Shown in pieces: positions 1 to 9,933 of a stretch of 64,000 nucleotides of DNA. Below the pieces are notes generated by a model. That model was not told where the DNA came from and made no database searches. It was given only the letters and a program-made list of their open reading frames with translations. The stretch is from the IMG/VR virus record IMGVR_UViG_3300050821_013430, positions 1 to 64,000 of that record; one strand, 5' to 3'. Position numbers and translations under genes: made by a program. The stretch's first letter is position 1. Each line of letters starts with the position of its first letter.

Positions 1-2066
1 ACATACTTAGAAAGACCGCCGAACACTTCGTAAGGCTTATTGCCTAACATTCCTACAAAGATAGTCCAAGCCTCTCCTTGTACTTTGACTTTCTTGATTT
101 CACAGAGTAGTTCTAGGAGTCGTTTGGGGGCGTGGGCTTGTTGAATTTCAACGGGCCGATCGCCCTCCTTGGGAGGAGTGTTACTAATAAGCACACCATC
201 CTTACTTCCTTCTACATAGACGGTAACGCCTTTCAGACCTTGCTTCCAAGCGTTTATGTAGATGTTGCCAACCACATCAGAAGTGGTACCTCGTGGTAAA
301 TTGATGGTAGAACTAATTGAGTGATCAATATATTGTTGTTCGGTGCTTTGAATTTCAATACGTTTCTTCCAATTGATTTCATCAGAGGTAACGAAATAAT
401 TTGGGAGTTTATCAGCATCCGTTAGCCCTTTGGTATCCAAATAATTCTGAACATTAGAATGGAATACCTTGAACTCTTGCCACTTATCTCCTACTACATC
501 AGTAAAATCAGTACGAGAAGCCTTATCATCGTGATTGATTTTCTTACGACGAGTATAAGCATTCCTGAATACCGGCTCAACCCCAGAGGATACATTGTAG
601 CGTGGAAAACTTCCTACCTTACTGAGAATAGAAATAGAGCCAGTAGGAGCTTGTGTTAGAATAGAAATGTTTCTTCTACCATACTGATCCATTTTGTCTT
701 TTATGGATTTAGGCAGTCGCTTGATGAAATCACACTTTTGCTCCTTCTCCTTATCGTAGAGCGGAAACGCACCCCGTTCTTTAGCCAGATCAATAGATGC
801 CTCATATGCCGTATTTCTCAATGTCTTGTAAATTTTATCAACCGTATCAATAGCCTGATCAGTGTCGTATCGAATGCATAATTGCGCCAAAGTATCTGCT
901 AGACCGTGAGTGCCCAATCCAGTTCTGCGACCATTATTTCCAGCATTCCATAGTTTGCCCCACAATTCTTTCTCAGAGGCAGTATCACAAGCGGCCTTGA
1001 TTTTACCAATCAATTCCAATTCAATATCAACAATATTGTCTGCCATTTGTTGGGCAAGCGTTACATCACTAGCAAACTTCTTGAAATCAAACTCAGCATT
1101 TTTACTGAAAGCCTCAATAACATAACCCGTAAGATTGACAGAGATCAACCGACAAGAATCATAAGCGGAAAGAGCTATTTCACTGCATGGATTTGTGGAA
1201 CAAGTTTTAAATTCTGGATAACAATGCGCTGGCAAATTATCCAGCATATTGTCCCACATAATCAAACCCGGATCAGCGGTCTTGGTAGCACTTTCAACAA
1301 TTACATTCCAAACTTCCCGAGCACTAACTTGTTTCCGAATCTTGGGTTCGCCTTCTAGTGGCCACCGTTGTTCGTATTTTTTATCAGCTTCTACCGCTTT
1401 GAGAAACTCGTTAGAAAGTTTGATCGAAATATTGGCGCCCGTTACCTTAGTAACATCGTGTTTCATCGTCGCAAACTGCACTACATCTGGGTGATGAACA
1501 TCCAATGTCACCATCAGGGCTCCTCTTCTTCCCTTTTGCCCTATCATCCTGGTGATATAGGAATATAGATCAGCAAAACTATATGCGCCTGATGTAGTAC
1601 GAGCGGCATTACTTACCTTAGTTCCTTCCGGACGAAGGGAAGAGATATCAATTCCGACACCACATCTTCGCTTGTAAAGTTGTGCCAAATCCAATGCAGA
1701 AAGTATGATGCCTTCGATACTGTCTTTCGGGCTCTCTACTACTACACAATTAGAGGCTGACATTATTTGATATGGATTGCCAATAGCGCTCATCGGAGAG
1801 CCTTGGGCTACAATCCGAGCAAAATGATCCATTGCATCACGATAGACACAAAATCTCTCAGCAGAATCAGCACCATATTTCTCACTATCTATCCTGGCAA
1901 ATTCTTTTGCCAATCGATCGTGCAACGCATCGGGCGTTGGTTCCATAATATTGTCATCCTCATTGCGCAAGGCATACTTATCCACAAACACTTTCGCTGC
2001 CAGCTCGTCGCCATTGAAATAAGTTGTTGATGCTTCCAGTGCTTGAAGGTAAGAGAATCCTGTCAT
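1..2066 (-). CDS. nrdJ: Class II (B12-dependent) ribonucleotide reductase, 3' end runs off the window
   Basis: Not in the ORF track. Read manually from ATG 2066 (MTGFSYLQALEAS...KYAL), open to position 1. Contains SNCVV, GVGIDISSLRP, GRRGALM, TNPCSEI, RRTGLGTHG, QAPTGSIS, SSGVEP and QQYIDHSISSTINLP. No intein or intron seen. Confidence 0.92.
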   Translation of the reverse strand, partial: MTGFSYLQALEASTTYFNGDELAAKVFVDKYALRNEDDNIMEPTPDALHDRLAKEFARIDSEKYGADSAERFCVYRDAMDHFARIVAQGSPMSAIGNPYQIMSASNCVVVESPKDSIEGIILSALDLAQLYKRRCGVGIDISSLRPEGTKVSNAARTTSGAYSFADLYSYITRMIGQKGRRGALMVTLDVHHPDVVQFATMKHDVTKVTGANISIKLSNEFLKAVEADKKYEQRWPLEGEPKIRKQVSAREVWNVIVESATKTADPGLIMWDNMLDNLPAHCYPEFKTCSTNPCSEIALSAYDSCRLISVNLTGYVIEAFSKNAEFDFKKFASDVTLAQQMADNIVDIELELIGKIKAACDTASEKELWGKLWNAGNNGRRTGLGTHGLADTLAQLCIRYDTDQAIDTVDKIYKTLRNTAYEASIDLAKERGAFPLYDKEKEQKCDFIKRLPKSIKDKMDQYGRRNISILTQAPTGSISILSKVGSFPRYNVSSGVEPVFRNAYTRRKKINHDDKASRTDFTDVVGDKWQEFKVFHSNVQNYLDTKGLTDADKLPNYFVTSDEINWKKRIEIQSTEQQYIDHSISSTINLPRGTTSDVVGNIYINAWKQGLKGVTVYVEGSKDGVLISNTPPKEGDRPVEIQQAHAPKRLLELLCEIKKVKVQGEAWTIFVGMLGNKPYEVFGGLSKY

Positions 2067-2111
2067 AATCATCCTTGATTAAGTCGTTGTGATCCGAGCG
2101 AGGGATCGGGT

Positions 2112-2741
2112 TTAGAGTTTTATAGTGCTTCGAAGAACATCCGAAGCGTCATGAATCAGCTTGATGCACTGACTCCTTGAAATATGAAGTTTCTTGCAGA
2201 TACGATTGATCGATGTTGGTTTATCACCATCAAAACCGTAGTAGAGAGTGATTACGTCTTGTTGTTCTGTTGTCAGAGTAGAAATAGCCGTTTGTACGAT
2301 ATGAGAAAGCTCAGACGCTTCTTGCTGCTTATCGGGGCACATCTTTTCTTCAATCATTACTGGCAATTCAGTTTCACGATGTGGAACCATTTCACGCGCA
2401 ACTTTAATTGGATAGCGAATAGCAGTATGAGCATTTGCCGCACGAGCAATTTTGGTATCAATATATTTGTGAGCCCAGTAAAACCAACTTCCCTTTTTTG
2501 GATCGTAGTTTCGCATCGCTCGCAATAATGATTCGTGTCCCTCCTGCACTAAGTCTTCGTAATTATTGAAGTTGCGATAGCGACTTGTTCTCATTGTAAT
2601 TAAGTATTTGAACTTGTCAATACAAATTAATTCGTGTTGCCTAAATGCTTCAATTGTTGATGAACTTTTATTTTCCTGAGAGATTTTTCTCAGTTCGATC
2701 AATTTGATCATCAGATCTTGCGCTTCTTGTTCGGTAATCAT
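2112..2741 (-). CDS. Phage sigma-70 family sigma factor
   Basis: Region 2 YEDLVQEGHESLLRAMRNYDPKKGSW; region 4 HTH LTTEQQDVITLYYG...SINRICKKLHISRSQC. Confidence 0.88.
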   Translation of the reverse strand: MITEQEAQDLMIKLIELRKISQENKSSSTIEAFRQHELICIDKFKYLITMRTSRYRNFNNYEDLVQEGHESLLRAMRNYDPKKGSWFYWAHKYIDTKIARAANAHTAIRYPIKVAREMVPHRETELPVMIEEKMCPDKQQEASELSHIVQTAISTLTTEQQDVITLYYGFDGDKPTSINRICKKLHISRSQCIKLIHDASDVLRSTIKL

Positions 2742-2795
2742 TCGGGCTCGCTATCAGTTCAGTAAAATAATGCTTCGTTATTGATATTCAGAGGA

Positions 2796-2930
2796 TCAAA
2801 CTTCTTCTGTTTCTTCTTCGAGCATCTCTATCACCGCTTCGATTGTTGAATTGATAATCTCTCGATCATCAACTGAGAGAAGAAAGCGCAAAATTTCGAT
2901 GGCTTGCCGAATGTTTGGAGAGGCGCTCAT
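2796..2930 (-). CDS. Small acidic hypothetical protein (44 aa, MSASPNIRQAIEILRFLL...EEETEEV)
   Basis: Below the ORF-track cutoff; ATGA overlap with the upstream gene stop; fills the gap. Confidence 0.6.
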   Translation of the reverse strand: MSASPNIRQAIEILRFLLSVDDREIINSTIEAVIEMLEEETEEV

Positions 2931-3133
2931 TTGTTAGTGCTACTATATCCGGAACTAGCCCATCCACCACCGCTTAATACAAAAGAAGTACCCCCGGCAA
3001 TCAGGCGCCGAGGCGGATCAGATTTGATGTTTTCTTCTTTACATTTTGGACATTCGGTAAGTACTTCGTGAATAGAATGGGTAGTTTCAAATTCGCCGTG
3101 TTTCTTCTCACATAGATAAACATAAACGGGCAT
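2927..3133 (-). CDS. FmdB-family zinc-ribbon protein
   Basis: MPVYVYLCEKKHGEFE...CPKC...RRLIAGGTSFVLSGGGWASSGY pattern. Confidence 0.8.
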   Translation of the reverse strand: MPVYVYLCEKKHGEFETTHSIHEVLTECPKCKEENIKSDPPRRLIAGGTSFVLSGGGWASSGYSSTNK

Positions 3134-3135
3134 TA

Positions 3136-4116
3136 TTATTTTTTCCTTTGATTTTTGTAGTGTGGAATATTATTCGTTTCGTCAAAATCATATTCCCATA
3201 CTGCCTCAACTTTGAAACCATTCTTCTTCAATAAACTTTCTCTCTTCAATGTTTTTGAGTAAAGAGATTCAAAACTTGTGTTGAGAGCATCATTGATATC
3301 TTTTCCTGCATAAACTTTTGGATTACCGTGCCAAAAATCTCCGTAAAATTCATAGACAGTATTTGTCTTTGGATCAAAACCATCAACAATAAATTTTTTC
3401 TTTCCTAATTTGATGATTACTGTTCTGTGAATATTATCATCTGGTAATCCAATAGCATCGAGCCATAATTTTTCTTTCTTGGATTTACCAACAATACATT
3501 TTGGACAACGCTGTTTATGATTGATATGATTTGCCGGAAGTTGTCTAAATATACCGTGCAGCGGACAAATAATGGATATTTTATCAAACATTCTTGTAAA
3601 TTCAACTAATGAATAATCATAAAAATTATTGTGTATTTTGTTGCCCATCGTTATAAAATAATCTAAATCTTTGCGGGCAGATTTTTTGCAACGGGGGCAT
3701 CCCTGCCCTCCGTTGATATGTTTATCAGGACGTTGCTCAAAATCGCCGTGTATTTTACAAGTGATCAGTATTGGCGCCTTAACACTAACAAACATTACGT
3801 TATCATATAGATAAGTTTCTCCGTGAATACTAACTGCTTTATCAATAAAACTTTGTGTATTATACATAAAACCGCTACAAATTTTACAACCTCTTTTATA
3901 AGACAAATGATCTTTGGGTGCAATAGTGAAATCACCGTGTTTAGGACACGTAAGAATAATCTCTGTCCAACTATTCACATAAACAACCTTAGAATAATCG
4001 AGAGTGTTTCCAAAAATAATACGAGATTTAGTAATAAATTCTTCTTGTGTTTGTTTTTCGGCACTACCTTCTCCTACGATCCATTTGGGTTTGGATTGCG
4101 TGATAGCGCTCTTCAC
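3136..4116 (-). CDS. Putative homing endonuclease: three Zn-binding repeats plus C-terminal Vsr/PD-(D/E)XK-like domain
   Basis: Three repeats of YxYxxV...IxCxxHGxFxxxPxxH...CxxC; C-terminal VDGFDPKTNTVYEFYGDFWHG. Confidence 0.75.
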   Translation of the reverse strand: MKSAITQSKPKWIVGEGSAEKQTQEEFITKSRIIFGNTLDYSKVVYVNSWTEIILTCPKHGDFTIAPKDHLSYKRGCKICSGFMYNTQSFIDKAVSIHGETYLYDNVMFVSVKAPILITCKIHGDFEQRPDKHINGGQGCPRCKKSARKDLDYFITMGNKIHNNFYDYSLVEFTRMFDKISIICPLHGIFRQLPANHINHKQRCPKCIVGKSKKEKLWLDAIGLPDDNIHRTVIIKLGKKKFIVDGFDPKTNTVYEFYGDFWHGNPKVYAGKDINDALNTSFESLYSKTLKRESLLKKNGFKVEAVWEYDFDETNNIPHYKNQRKK

Positions 4117-4369
4117 CTATAAGGGATGCGTAAGTATTAGCATCTTGAGCAGCCTCTTGTTTTATTTTTTGTGCATCTTCCTTGATCTTCGCAGTTAGTT
4201 CATTCCCCGTCAATACAACTTTTCCCTTGCCAGAACCACCACTAATCAAACGAATAATATCGCCTTTGGCATGGCACTGGGGGCATTCTTCGGGATCGGG
4301 AGCCTTGATTGACATCTCAACTTCCCATTCGTGCCCACATTCTTTCCTCAAAAATTCATAGGTTGGCAT
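4064..4369 (-). CDS. FmdB-family zinc-ribbon protein (second copy)
   Basis: MPTYEFLRKECGHEWE...CPQC...RLISGG. Confidence 0.75.
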   Translation of the reverse strand: MPTYEFLRKECGHEWEVEMSIKAPDPEECPQCHAKGDIIRLISGGSGKGKVVLTGNELTAKIKEDAQKIKQEAAQDANTYASLIGEERYHAIQTQMDRRRR

Positions 4370-4371
4370 AA

Positions 4372-4557
4372 CTATTCATCCTTCTCTAAAACTAATTTCT
4401 TATCTATTAAACGAAATTCTATATCAGCAGTCCAGTTTTTCTTTATGTCTTGCTTGTGGCGTTCATTTGTGATCTCAAATACCAGAAAAAGCCTACCAGT
4501 TTTTTCTTCTAACTCTACTCTCACCGCTTCGCCTACTATTTCTTCAGTAGATTTCAT
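4372..4557 (-). CDS. Hypothetical protein
   Basis: Translationally coupled to the DnaB stop; no motif recognised. Confidence 0.6.
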   Translation of the reverse strand: MKSTEEIVGEAVRVELEEKTGRLFLVFEITNERHKQDIKKNWTADIEFRLIDKKLVLEKDE

Positions 4558-5951
4558 AACTCTAACTCCTCCATCTCTCCTGAGATGTCATAAACGTCAC
4601 TTACTTCCGTAAAATCTGTAGAGGGGGAGTCGCTCGGAGAATCTAACAAGGTAGCACAAGCCAAATTCTTTAGCAAAGCTCCCTTAGTCTTAATGCCTTT
4701 GCGATTTTTGATAATATGCAGGAGTAGATTGGGATGCAACTCTTCATTCTGACGACTTTCAATTTGTATAACTGTCGTAGCGTGGGTCGCTATCGTGGCC
4801 GAACGAGCCAAACGAGCTAATCCAATATTTTCCGATGAATCTTTGGTAGGTGATTTGCGATTCAATTGCACTGCAGTAAATACTGGCAAATTGAATTTTC
4901 TTCCAATGGCGCGAGTTTCATAAGCAATAATGCCTTGCTTCAACCAATCGCTTTCTTCAACCGCTTGATTAGGCTTCATTATACCTAAATAATCGATAAA
5001 GACAGCATCTACATTATATGATACATCGCTAAGAATAGCCTCAATATCATTGGCAGAAGCATCGGGAATATCAACAATCTCAAACTGATAAGGATAGTTG
5101 CTTATGAAATCTAATGCTTGACGAATCTTGTTGGCCTCTTCCTTGCTAACTTGTGCATTCTCAATTTTACGAGAAGGCACTCCGGATAATCTACTGAGCA
5201 AACGATTGAAACAATCGTCATATGGCATTTCCAAAGAAAAATACAAAACATTTTTACCGGGAATGAAATTGTCTTTCATCTCGATTGTATTTTCTTGCAT
5301 CCAAACTTGGATACCCATATTATTGAGCAATAAACTCTTACCGAATCCGGATTCGCCAGCAATAATTACGAAATCTGCACTACCAATCCCGTTTGTCGCT
5401 TGATCTAAAAATGAATAACCAGTTTTGATTTTACTTTCAATAGTTGAATTAGTGCGACGAGCATTGAATTTGTCTCGAAAACTTGGGATGGCTTCTTTTA
5501 GAGTTCGGCGCTCAAAAGATTTGGCACGAGTAATTGAATCAACATTTTGACAAGTTCGTTGTACATCAGTAAATAATGTGGTGTCGTTGAGATCGGCAGT
5601 ATCCAATTTACTTTTCAGTGCGGACAATTGTCGTTCTACATACTTGGCTTTTAGTTTGTCCAAATCATATCGAAATTCTTTTTCGTCATATGATAGGGAT
5701 GAAATGGCACGCCAAACCTCATTGAGATATTCGATTTGAGCGCTATTACCAGACTTAGACATCTTGTCTGTCAGTACCCGTAATGTCGGTGGCTCTTTAT
5801 AGGTTTTGATATATCCAACTACAATATTGGCAAAATTCCAAACATCAGGTGAGAAAATTCGATGATCGCACTCATTGACAAAATCCAATGCGTGCTTCTT
5901 GCTGGAAGTAATGGCCTTGAGAACTGATAAATCTAATTGGTTATATTTCAT
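4554..5951 (-). CDS. dnaB: DnaB-like replicative helicase
   Basis: Walker A GESGFGKS, FSLEM, VFIDYL, VQLNR, IKNRKG. Confidence 0.9.
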   Translation of the reverse strand: MKYNQLDLSVLKAITSSKKHALDFVNECDHRIFSPDVWNFANIVVGYIKTYKEPPTLRVLTDKMSKSGNSAQIEYLNEVWRAISSLSYDEKEFRYDLDKLKAKYVERQLSALKSKLDTADLNDTTLFTDVQRTCQNVDSITRAKSFERRTLKEAIPSFRDKFNARRTNSTIESKIKTGYSFLDQATNGIGSADFVIIAGESGFGKSLLLNNMGIQVWMQENTIEMKDNFIPGKNVLYFSLEMPYDDCFNRLLSRLSGVPSRKIENAQVSKEEANKIRQALDFISNYPYQFEIVDIPDASANDIEAILSDVSYNVDAVFIDYLGIMKPNQAVEESDWLKQGIIAYETRAIGRKFNLPVFTAVQLNRKSPTKDSSENIGLARLARSATIATHATTVIQIESRQNEELHPNLLLHIIKNRKGIKTKGALLKNLACATLLDSPSDSPSTDFTEVSDVYDISGEMEELEL

Positions 5952-6685
5952 TTTGACTTTCTTATATCTTCACCAATGATTGGAAAGATTTCGAGATAAC
6001 CGCTCATCAGTGATTGAACACTTTCTTTTAGAGGCCCTGAAAACGATTCAATTACATTAGGACTATTACTTGCCATTAATGTAGGTAATTTGTTTTGACT
6101 TCGAGTACGAAAAATACTTTCTAATGTTCGAGCATATAAGTCAGCAGCAGTACTAGATGGCAAGAAACGAGGATCAAATTCATCGATCGTCAAGTAATCT
6201 ACCATAACCAATTCACGACGAGCAATAAATTTGTCATCAGACTGAACTAATACATTGACCGCATCAGAAAGCGTTGTATATAGCGCTGTAAAACCTTTCT
6301 GTACTGCTTTTTTAAGTACGCAGGTGAGAGTCATCGTTTTTCCTGTCCCGTGATTACCAGCAAAACATACCGAAGTGCCATTTAGATAAGTGGTTTTGAT
6401 ATCTTTAGTTAGTCCTTGATATTTTTCCATCAAACCCGGAAATCCCCTAAAATCTTTTTTCATTCGAAGCTCCCAATATTCGATAGGGATATTGCTTTCA
6501 TAATACCTATTATAGGCAATATGCTGCACGGAACATTTCTGACATAACCCATCAAAATTACCATCCAATGATAATTCTTTGAGAGAACATTCAGGACAGG
6601 TCTTGACTACTGAAAATAATTTCTCCTGCAGTTTTTTGATAGGTAAATTATTTAGTGCCGGGCTTCTTGAAAAAGTGTGATTCAT
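5948..6685 (-). CDS. DnaC/IstB-like AAA+ helicase loader
   Basis: N-terminal CxxC...CxxC, Walker A GNHGTGKT, Walker B LTIDEF, R...LPTLMASN; adjacent to DnaB. Confidence 0.82.
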   Translation of the reverse strand: MNHTFSRSPALNNLPIKKLQEKLFSVVKTCPECSLKELSLDGNFDGLCQKCSVQHIAYNRYYESNIPIEYWELRMKKDFRGFPGLMEKYQGLTKDIKTTYLNGTSVCFAGNHGTGKTMTLTCVLKKAVQKGFTALYTTLSDAVNVLVQSDDKFIARRELVMVDYLTIDEFDPRFLPSSTAADLYARTLESIFRTRSQNKLPTLMASNSPNVIESFSGPLKESVQSLMSGYLEIFPIIGEDIRKSK

Positions 6686-7058
6686 ATCTTACTGGCCTTA
6701 CTTCGGTGAGGGTATGCGATTTGAGTTTTTCGCCGATGATCTTTTTATCTTGCTGATCGAGTTCTTTTCTCAGATCAGCAAGTTTCTTTAGACGCAGACC
6801 ATCGCGACTAGGTTCTAAATAAGTTTCGTCAAAACTCTCTGCTAATTCTTCTTTTTCTTCTTCCAATTCTTCAATGGTAGGAGCAGTGGTAATTTTGATT
6901 AGCATTACATCTTCTAATGTCTTAGTGATAATCATCTTACCACTTCCATCTTCGAGAAGAAGAACGCTTTCTTTTTCTGACCAACTCTCTACAATACCAT
7001 CTACTTGAATAGAATTTCTAAGAACTACTTTGACCCTATCATCTTTTTTGATTAGCAT
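6648..7058 (-). CDS. Hypothetical protein with N-terminal Sm/Hfq-like barrel and C-terminal coiled coil
   Basis: RVKVVLRNSIQVDGIVESWSEKESVLL resembles the Hfq Sm1 strand pattern. Confidence 0.5.
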   Translation of the reverse strand: MLIKKDDRVKVVLRNSIQVDGIVESWSEKESVLLLEDGSGKMIITKTLEDVMLIKITTAPTIEELEEEKEELAESFDETYLEPSRDGLRLKKLADLRKELDQQDKKIIGEKLKSHTLTEVRPVRYESHFFKKPGTK

Positions 7059-7669
7059 TATACGATCCTTTTGAGTGCCGAACGATCAAGGCCCAATCTT
7101 TGGAGTGTTGAAATTATTCCCTCCCACTCAAATTGGCCAGCAAACACCTGATCAGCAAATGTTAGGTCGCCGTAAGTTTTTATGTTGCTATGTTGTGCAT
7201 AGGCAAGAACATCTAAATATTCGGCCGGTAAATTGACTGTGCGGCTCATATTTGAGTCCTTCTGAATTGGCTGCCCCAATAGAAAAATTCGTTTATACTC
7301 ATTGACATTTTCTTCTTTGGTGAGAAAAGAGATGGAAGTAAAGCGCCGTTTCAATTGAGACACTTTTGCCGCAAATACCCAATCAATGTATCCGATCAGG
7401 ATGGAAGGCTTAGAAGACAAAAGTTGGGCCAGTCGCTTTATTTGAAAAATCTCGAACGAAGTAGATGGATTAGGAGTATTGAATTTGAATTCGTATCTTA
7501 TATTATATTTACTACGATATTTACGACAAAAATAAGAGATCAAATGCACTGGCTTATATTGATCAATAGAAATTGAATCAATTTCTTGAAAATGATCAAA
7601 AAACTTTTTGTATTTTTCATTAGGAAGATCCGTTAGTTCTCCTCCAACATTTTCTTCTTTATTTTTCAC
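7058..7669 (-). CDS. Hypothetical protein in the replication block
   Basis: 203 aa ORF overlapping both neighbours. Confidence 0.65.
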   Translation of the reverse strand: MKNKEENVGGELTDLPNEKYKKFFDHFQEIDSISIDQYKPVHLISYFCRKYRSKYNIRYEFKFNTPNPSTSFEIFQIKRLAQLLSSKPSILIGYIDWVFAAKVSQLKRRFTSISFLTKEENVNEYKRIFLLGQPIQKDSNMSRTVNLPAEYLDVLAYAQHSNIKTYGDLTFADQVFAGQFEWEGIISTLQRLGLDRSALKRIV

Positions 7670-9135
7670 GGCATCTTACCTATCAACTTGAATCCTGGCT
7701 CGGATGTATATACTTCACATCTCTTTTTAGAGTGTTGTTTGAGGAACGGAGCGTTGTCCATAAAATCTACGACCGCGACGTGCTTCTTACCAGGATAGGC
7801 TCTTAAAATTCTACCTAATCTCTGGCGGGCTCGCAATGAACTCTTACCACTTCCTGCCAAAACTAATCCGGATAACATTGGCAAATCTAATCCAATATCA
7901 AAGATAGTGCTGGCAAAAATCACATCAATTTCCTTATTCACCAATTTCTCCTTGACGCTGGTTCGATTGTCGAGGTCATCCACACCCGACAACATATCGC
8001 ACCTGATCCCATCTGTCAACGCCGCGTCAAATAGTATCTTACCGTGCTTGATTTGCTTGAATAAAACTAAAACGGTGTATTTCTTAGCCACTAATTCTTT
8101 GACTTGCTCAACGATAATTCTATTTCTTACTTCGTTTTCTACAATATACTCTTTATACCAAGTTTGATATACACGCTGCAACTTCCTACCGAGAGGAGGC
8201 ACGGGCACAAACTTGATAATAGGCTGGGCCAATACATTTTTTTCTATCAACTCAGAAGCGGTGATATCAACCAACTGCTCACCTAAAATCCCGGAAATGA
8301 GGAGGTCGGTTCCGTCATCACGAAATGGCGTGCCACTAAATCCATAAATGTATTCAGGATTAATGACATCAAAAATGCCAGTGATAGTTTTGGTCGCAAC
8401 CACGTGGCTCTCATCAAAAATATGAACATTGGCAGCAGTCAGCATTTTGACAATTTTTTCACTTTGGCTCTCGTCAATTTTTTCATCGATGTTGTCTTCG
8501 CCCTCCATCACAATGCTTTTGGCATCGATTTTCAGGGCCCGGCCAACCGTCCAAATACTGGCAATGTTTATTCTCTCAATTTGACATACTCCATTACCAA
8601 TAAATCCAATGGGCTCATCGAAAAGAGAAGAGAATAGATCGTGAAACTGTTTCAATAAGTCCAAACCAATTACATAGATAATAGATGGCTTATTGATTTT
8701 AGCAATAATAGAAGCAATACATAGTGTCTTACCGGAACCAGTACAAGCCCTAATAATACCTTTTGGGTTATTAGAGGCTATTTCTACGATTTTGCTTTGA
8801 TAATCTCGTAATTGAATGCCCAAATCAGTCAATTTTGGAGTCAAATCTAATCGTATAGAATTTGGAGCCTGTTCAACTCTTTTGTCTTCTACCGTAAATT
8901 CAATACGATTTTTGGTCAAAAAGGCCTTAGTCTTTTCTAAAAGGCCAGAATAGAAAATACCTTTCTTGCTAAGAAGAAAGGTACGACCATCCCATCCATA
9001 TTGGTAGGCAGGCATATATTCTGCACCCGCAATCTTATAGGATAAGAAATTTCTAAGCGACTCAAAAACCGATTCATCCTGAGTAATGAGGCGACAGTAT
9101 TTATTGTCTAATACGACTAATTTGGTGTCGCTCAT
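7666..9135 (-). CDS. Superfamily 2 DExH helicase (UvsW-like)
   Basis: LRDYQ, CTGSGKT, DESH, SGTP, GLDLP, QRLGRILR. Confidence 0.9.
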   Translation of the reverse strand: MSDTKLVVLDNKYCRLITQDESVFESLRNFLSYKIAGAEYMPAYQYGWDGRTFLLSKKGIFYSGLLEKTKAFLTKNRIEFTVEDKRVEQAPNSIRLDLTPKLTDLGIQLRDYQSKIVEIASNNPKGIIRACTGSGKTLCIASIIAKINKPSIIYVIGLDLLKQFHDLFSSLFDEPIGFIGNGVCQIERINIASIWTVGRALKIDAKSIVMEGEDNIDEKIDESQSEKIVKMLTAANVHIFDESHVVATKTITGIFDVINPEYIYGFSGTPFRDDGTDLLISGILGEQLVDITASELIEKNVLAQPIIKFVPVPPLGRKLQRVYQTWYKEYIVENEVRNRIIVEQVKELVAKKYTVLVLFKQIKHGKILFDAALTDGIRCDMLSGVDDLDNRTSVKEKLVNKEIDVIFASTIFDIGLDLPMLSGLVLAGSGKSSLRARQRLGRILRAYPGKKHVAVVDFMDNAPFLKQHSKKRCEVYTSEPGFKLIGKMP

Positions 9136-9140
9136 TGATA

Positions 9141-9929
9141 TTAGCGAGAGAAAAGGTTCTTAAAAACCCCGGTAATTATACTAACAATAAAATTGACAAC
9201 ACCATTCGCGGGAGGATTGACCACGGGGGGAGGGACGGGAGCTGGGATAGGGTCTGGCGCCACAGGATCGGGCACAGGAGCGACTTCGGGAGGGGGTGCG
9301 GGGGTAGGCGCTACCATGGGGTCAGGGCCCCATAAACTCAAATCTGCGGCGACATCGGTATCTACGGCAACACCACCAGGTAGTTGTAATGCAGTTCCAC
9401 CCGCCGTTTGCCAAACTACATCAGTTGTCCAGGGAGCGGGAATGGCGGGAGAAGAGGTATAACTAGCAATCCATAATTTGCATTGAGCAGTAAAATCCGC
9501 AGACGTAAAAGCACAGGCTTTTAGGAAACTGGGATAAGAATAGATTAGCATTTGTCTGCCATCTAATTCGCTATATTTTGCTTGATAGCGATTACAGTAA
9601 TCTCGGACTTGTGCGGCAGTCATTCCACGGGCAACCCAGTCCTGAGGGTAGGGATACTCAATATCGCTTGAGGCTAATTCACCGCCTGCTAGAGAGTAGT
9701 GATATGCTGCTATTTGTTCGGGAATATCCCCAACGATCGGATAAAATACGTGATAAGCCATCACCTTGAGCCCAACAGCCTTGGCGCCAGCAACATTTTG
9801 AGTATAATTAGGATCGTGTTGATTTGAACCGATCCCGCATCTAATAACAACGAAGCTTATCCCCTGTTGCACGCACCAGTCCCAGGGAACTACGGATTGG
9901 ATACTACTGACGTCGATTCCTTTATACAT
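9141..9929 (-). CDS. GH25 muramidase (endolysin) with Pro-rich linker and amphipathic C-terminal helix
   Basis: GIDVS, FVVIR, DPNY..N..GA..VGL.V.AYH, DIE, LWIASY, WQ, VDTD. Confidence 0.85.
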   Translation of the reverse strand: MYKGIDVSSIQSVVPWDWCVQQGISFVVIRCGIGSNQHDPNYTQNVAGAKAVGLKVMAYHVFYPIVGDIPEQIAAYHYSLAGGELASSDIEYPYPQDWVARGMTAAQVRDYCNRYQAKYSELDGRQMLIYSYPSFLKACAFTSADFTAQCKLWIASYTSSPAIPAPWTTDVVWQTAGGTALQLPGGVAVDTDVAADLSLWGPDPMVAPTPAPPPEVAPVPDPVAPDPIPAPVPPPVVNPPANGVVNFIVSIITGVFKNLFSR

Positions 9930-9933
9930 CTAC

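Noticed and set aside
2075-2111. Short hairpin between the sigma factor and nrdJ
   Set aside because: Short stem with no U-tract and too little room for a cobalamin riboswitch
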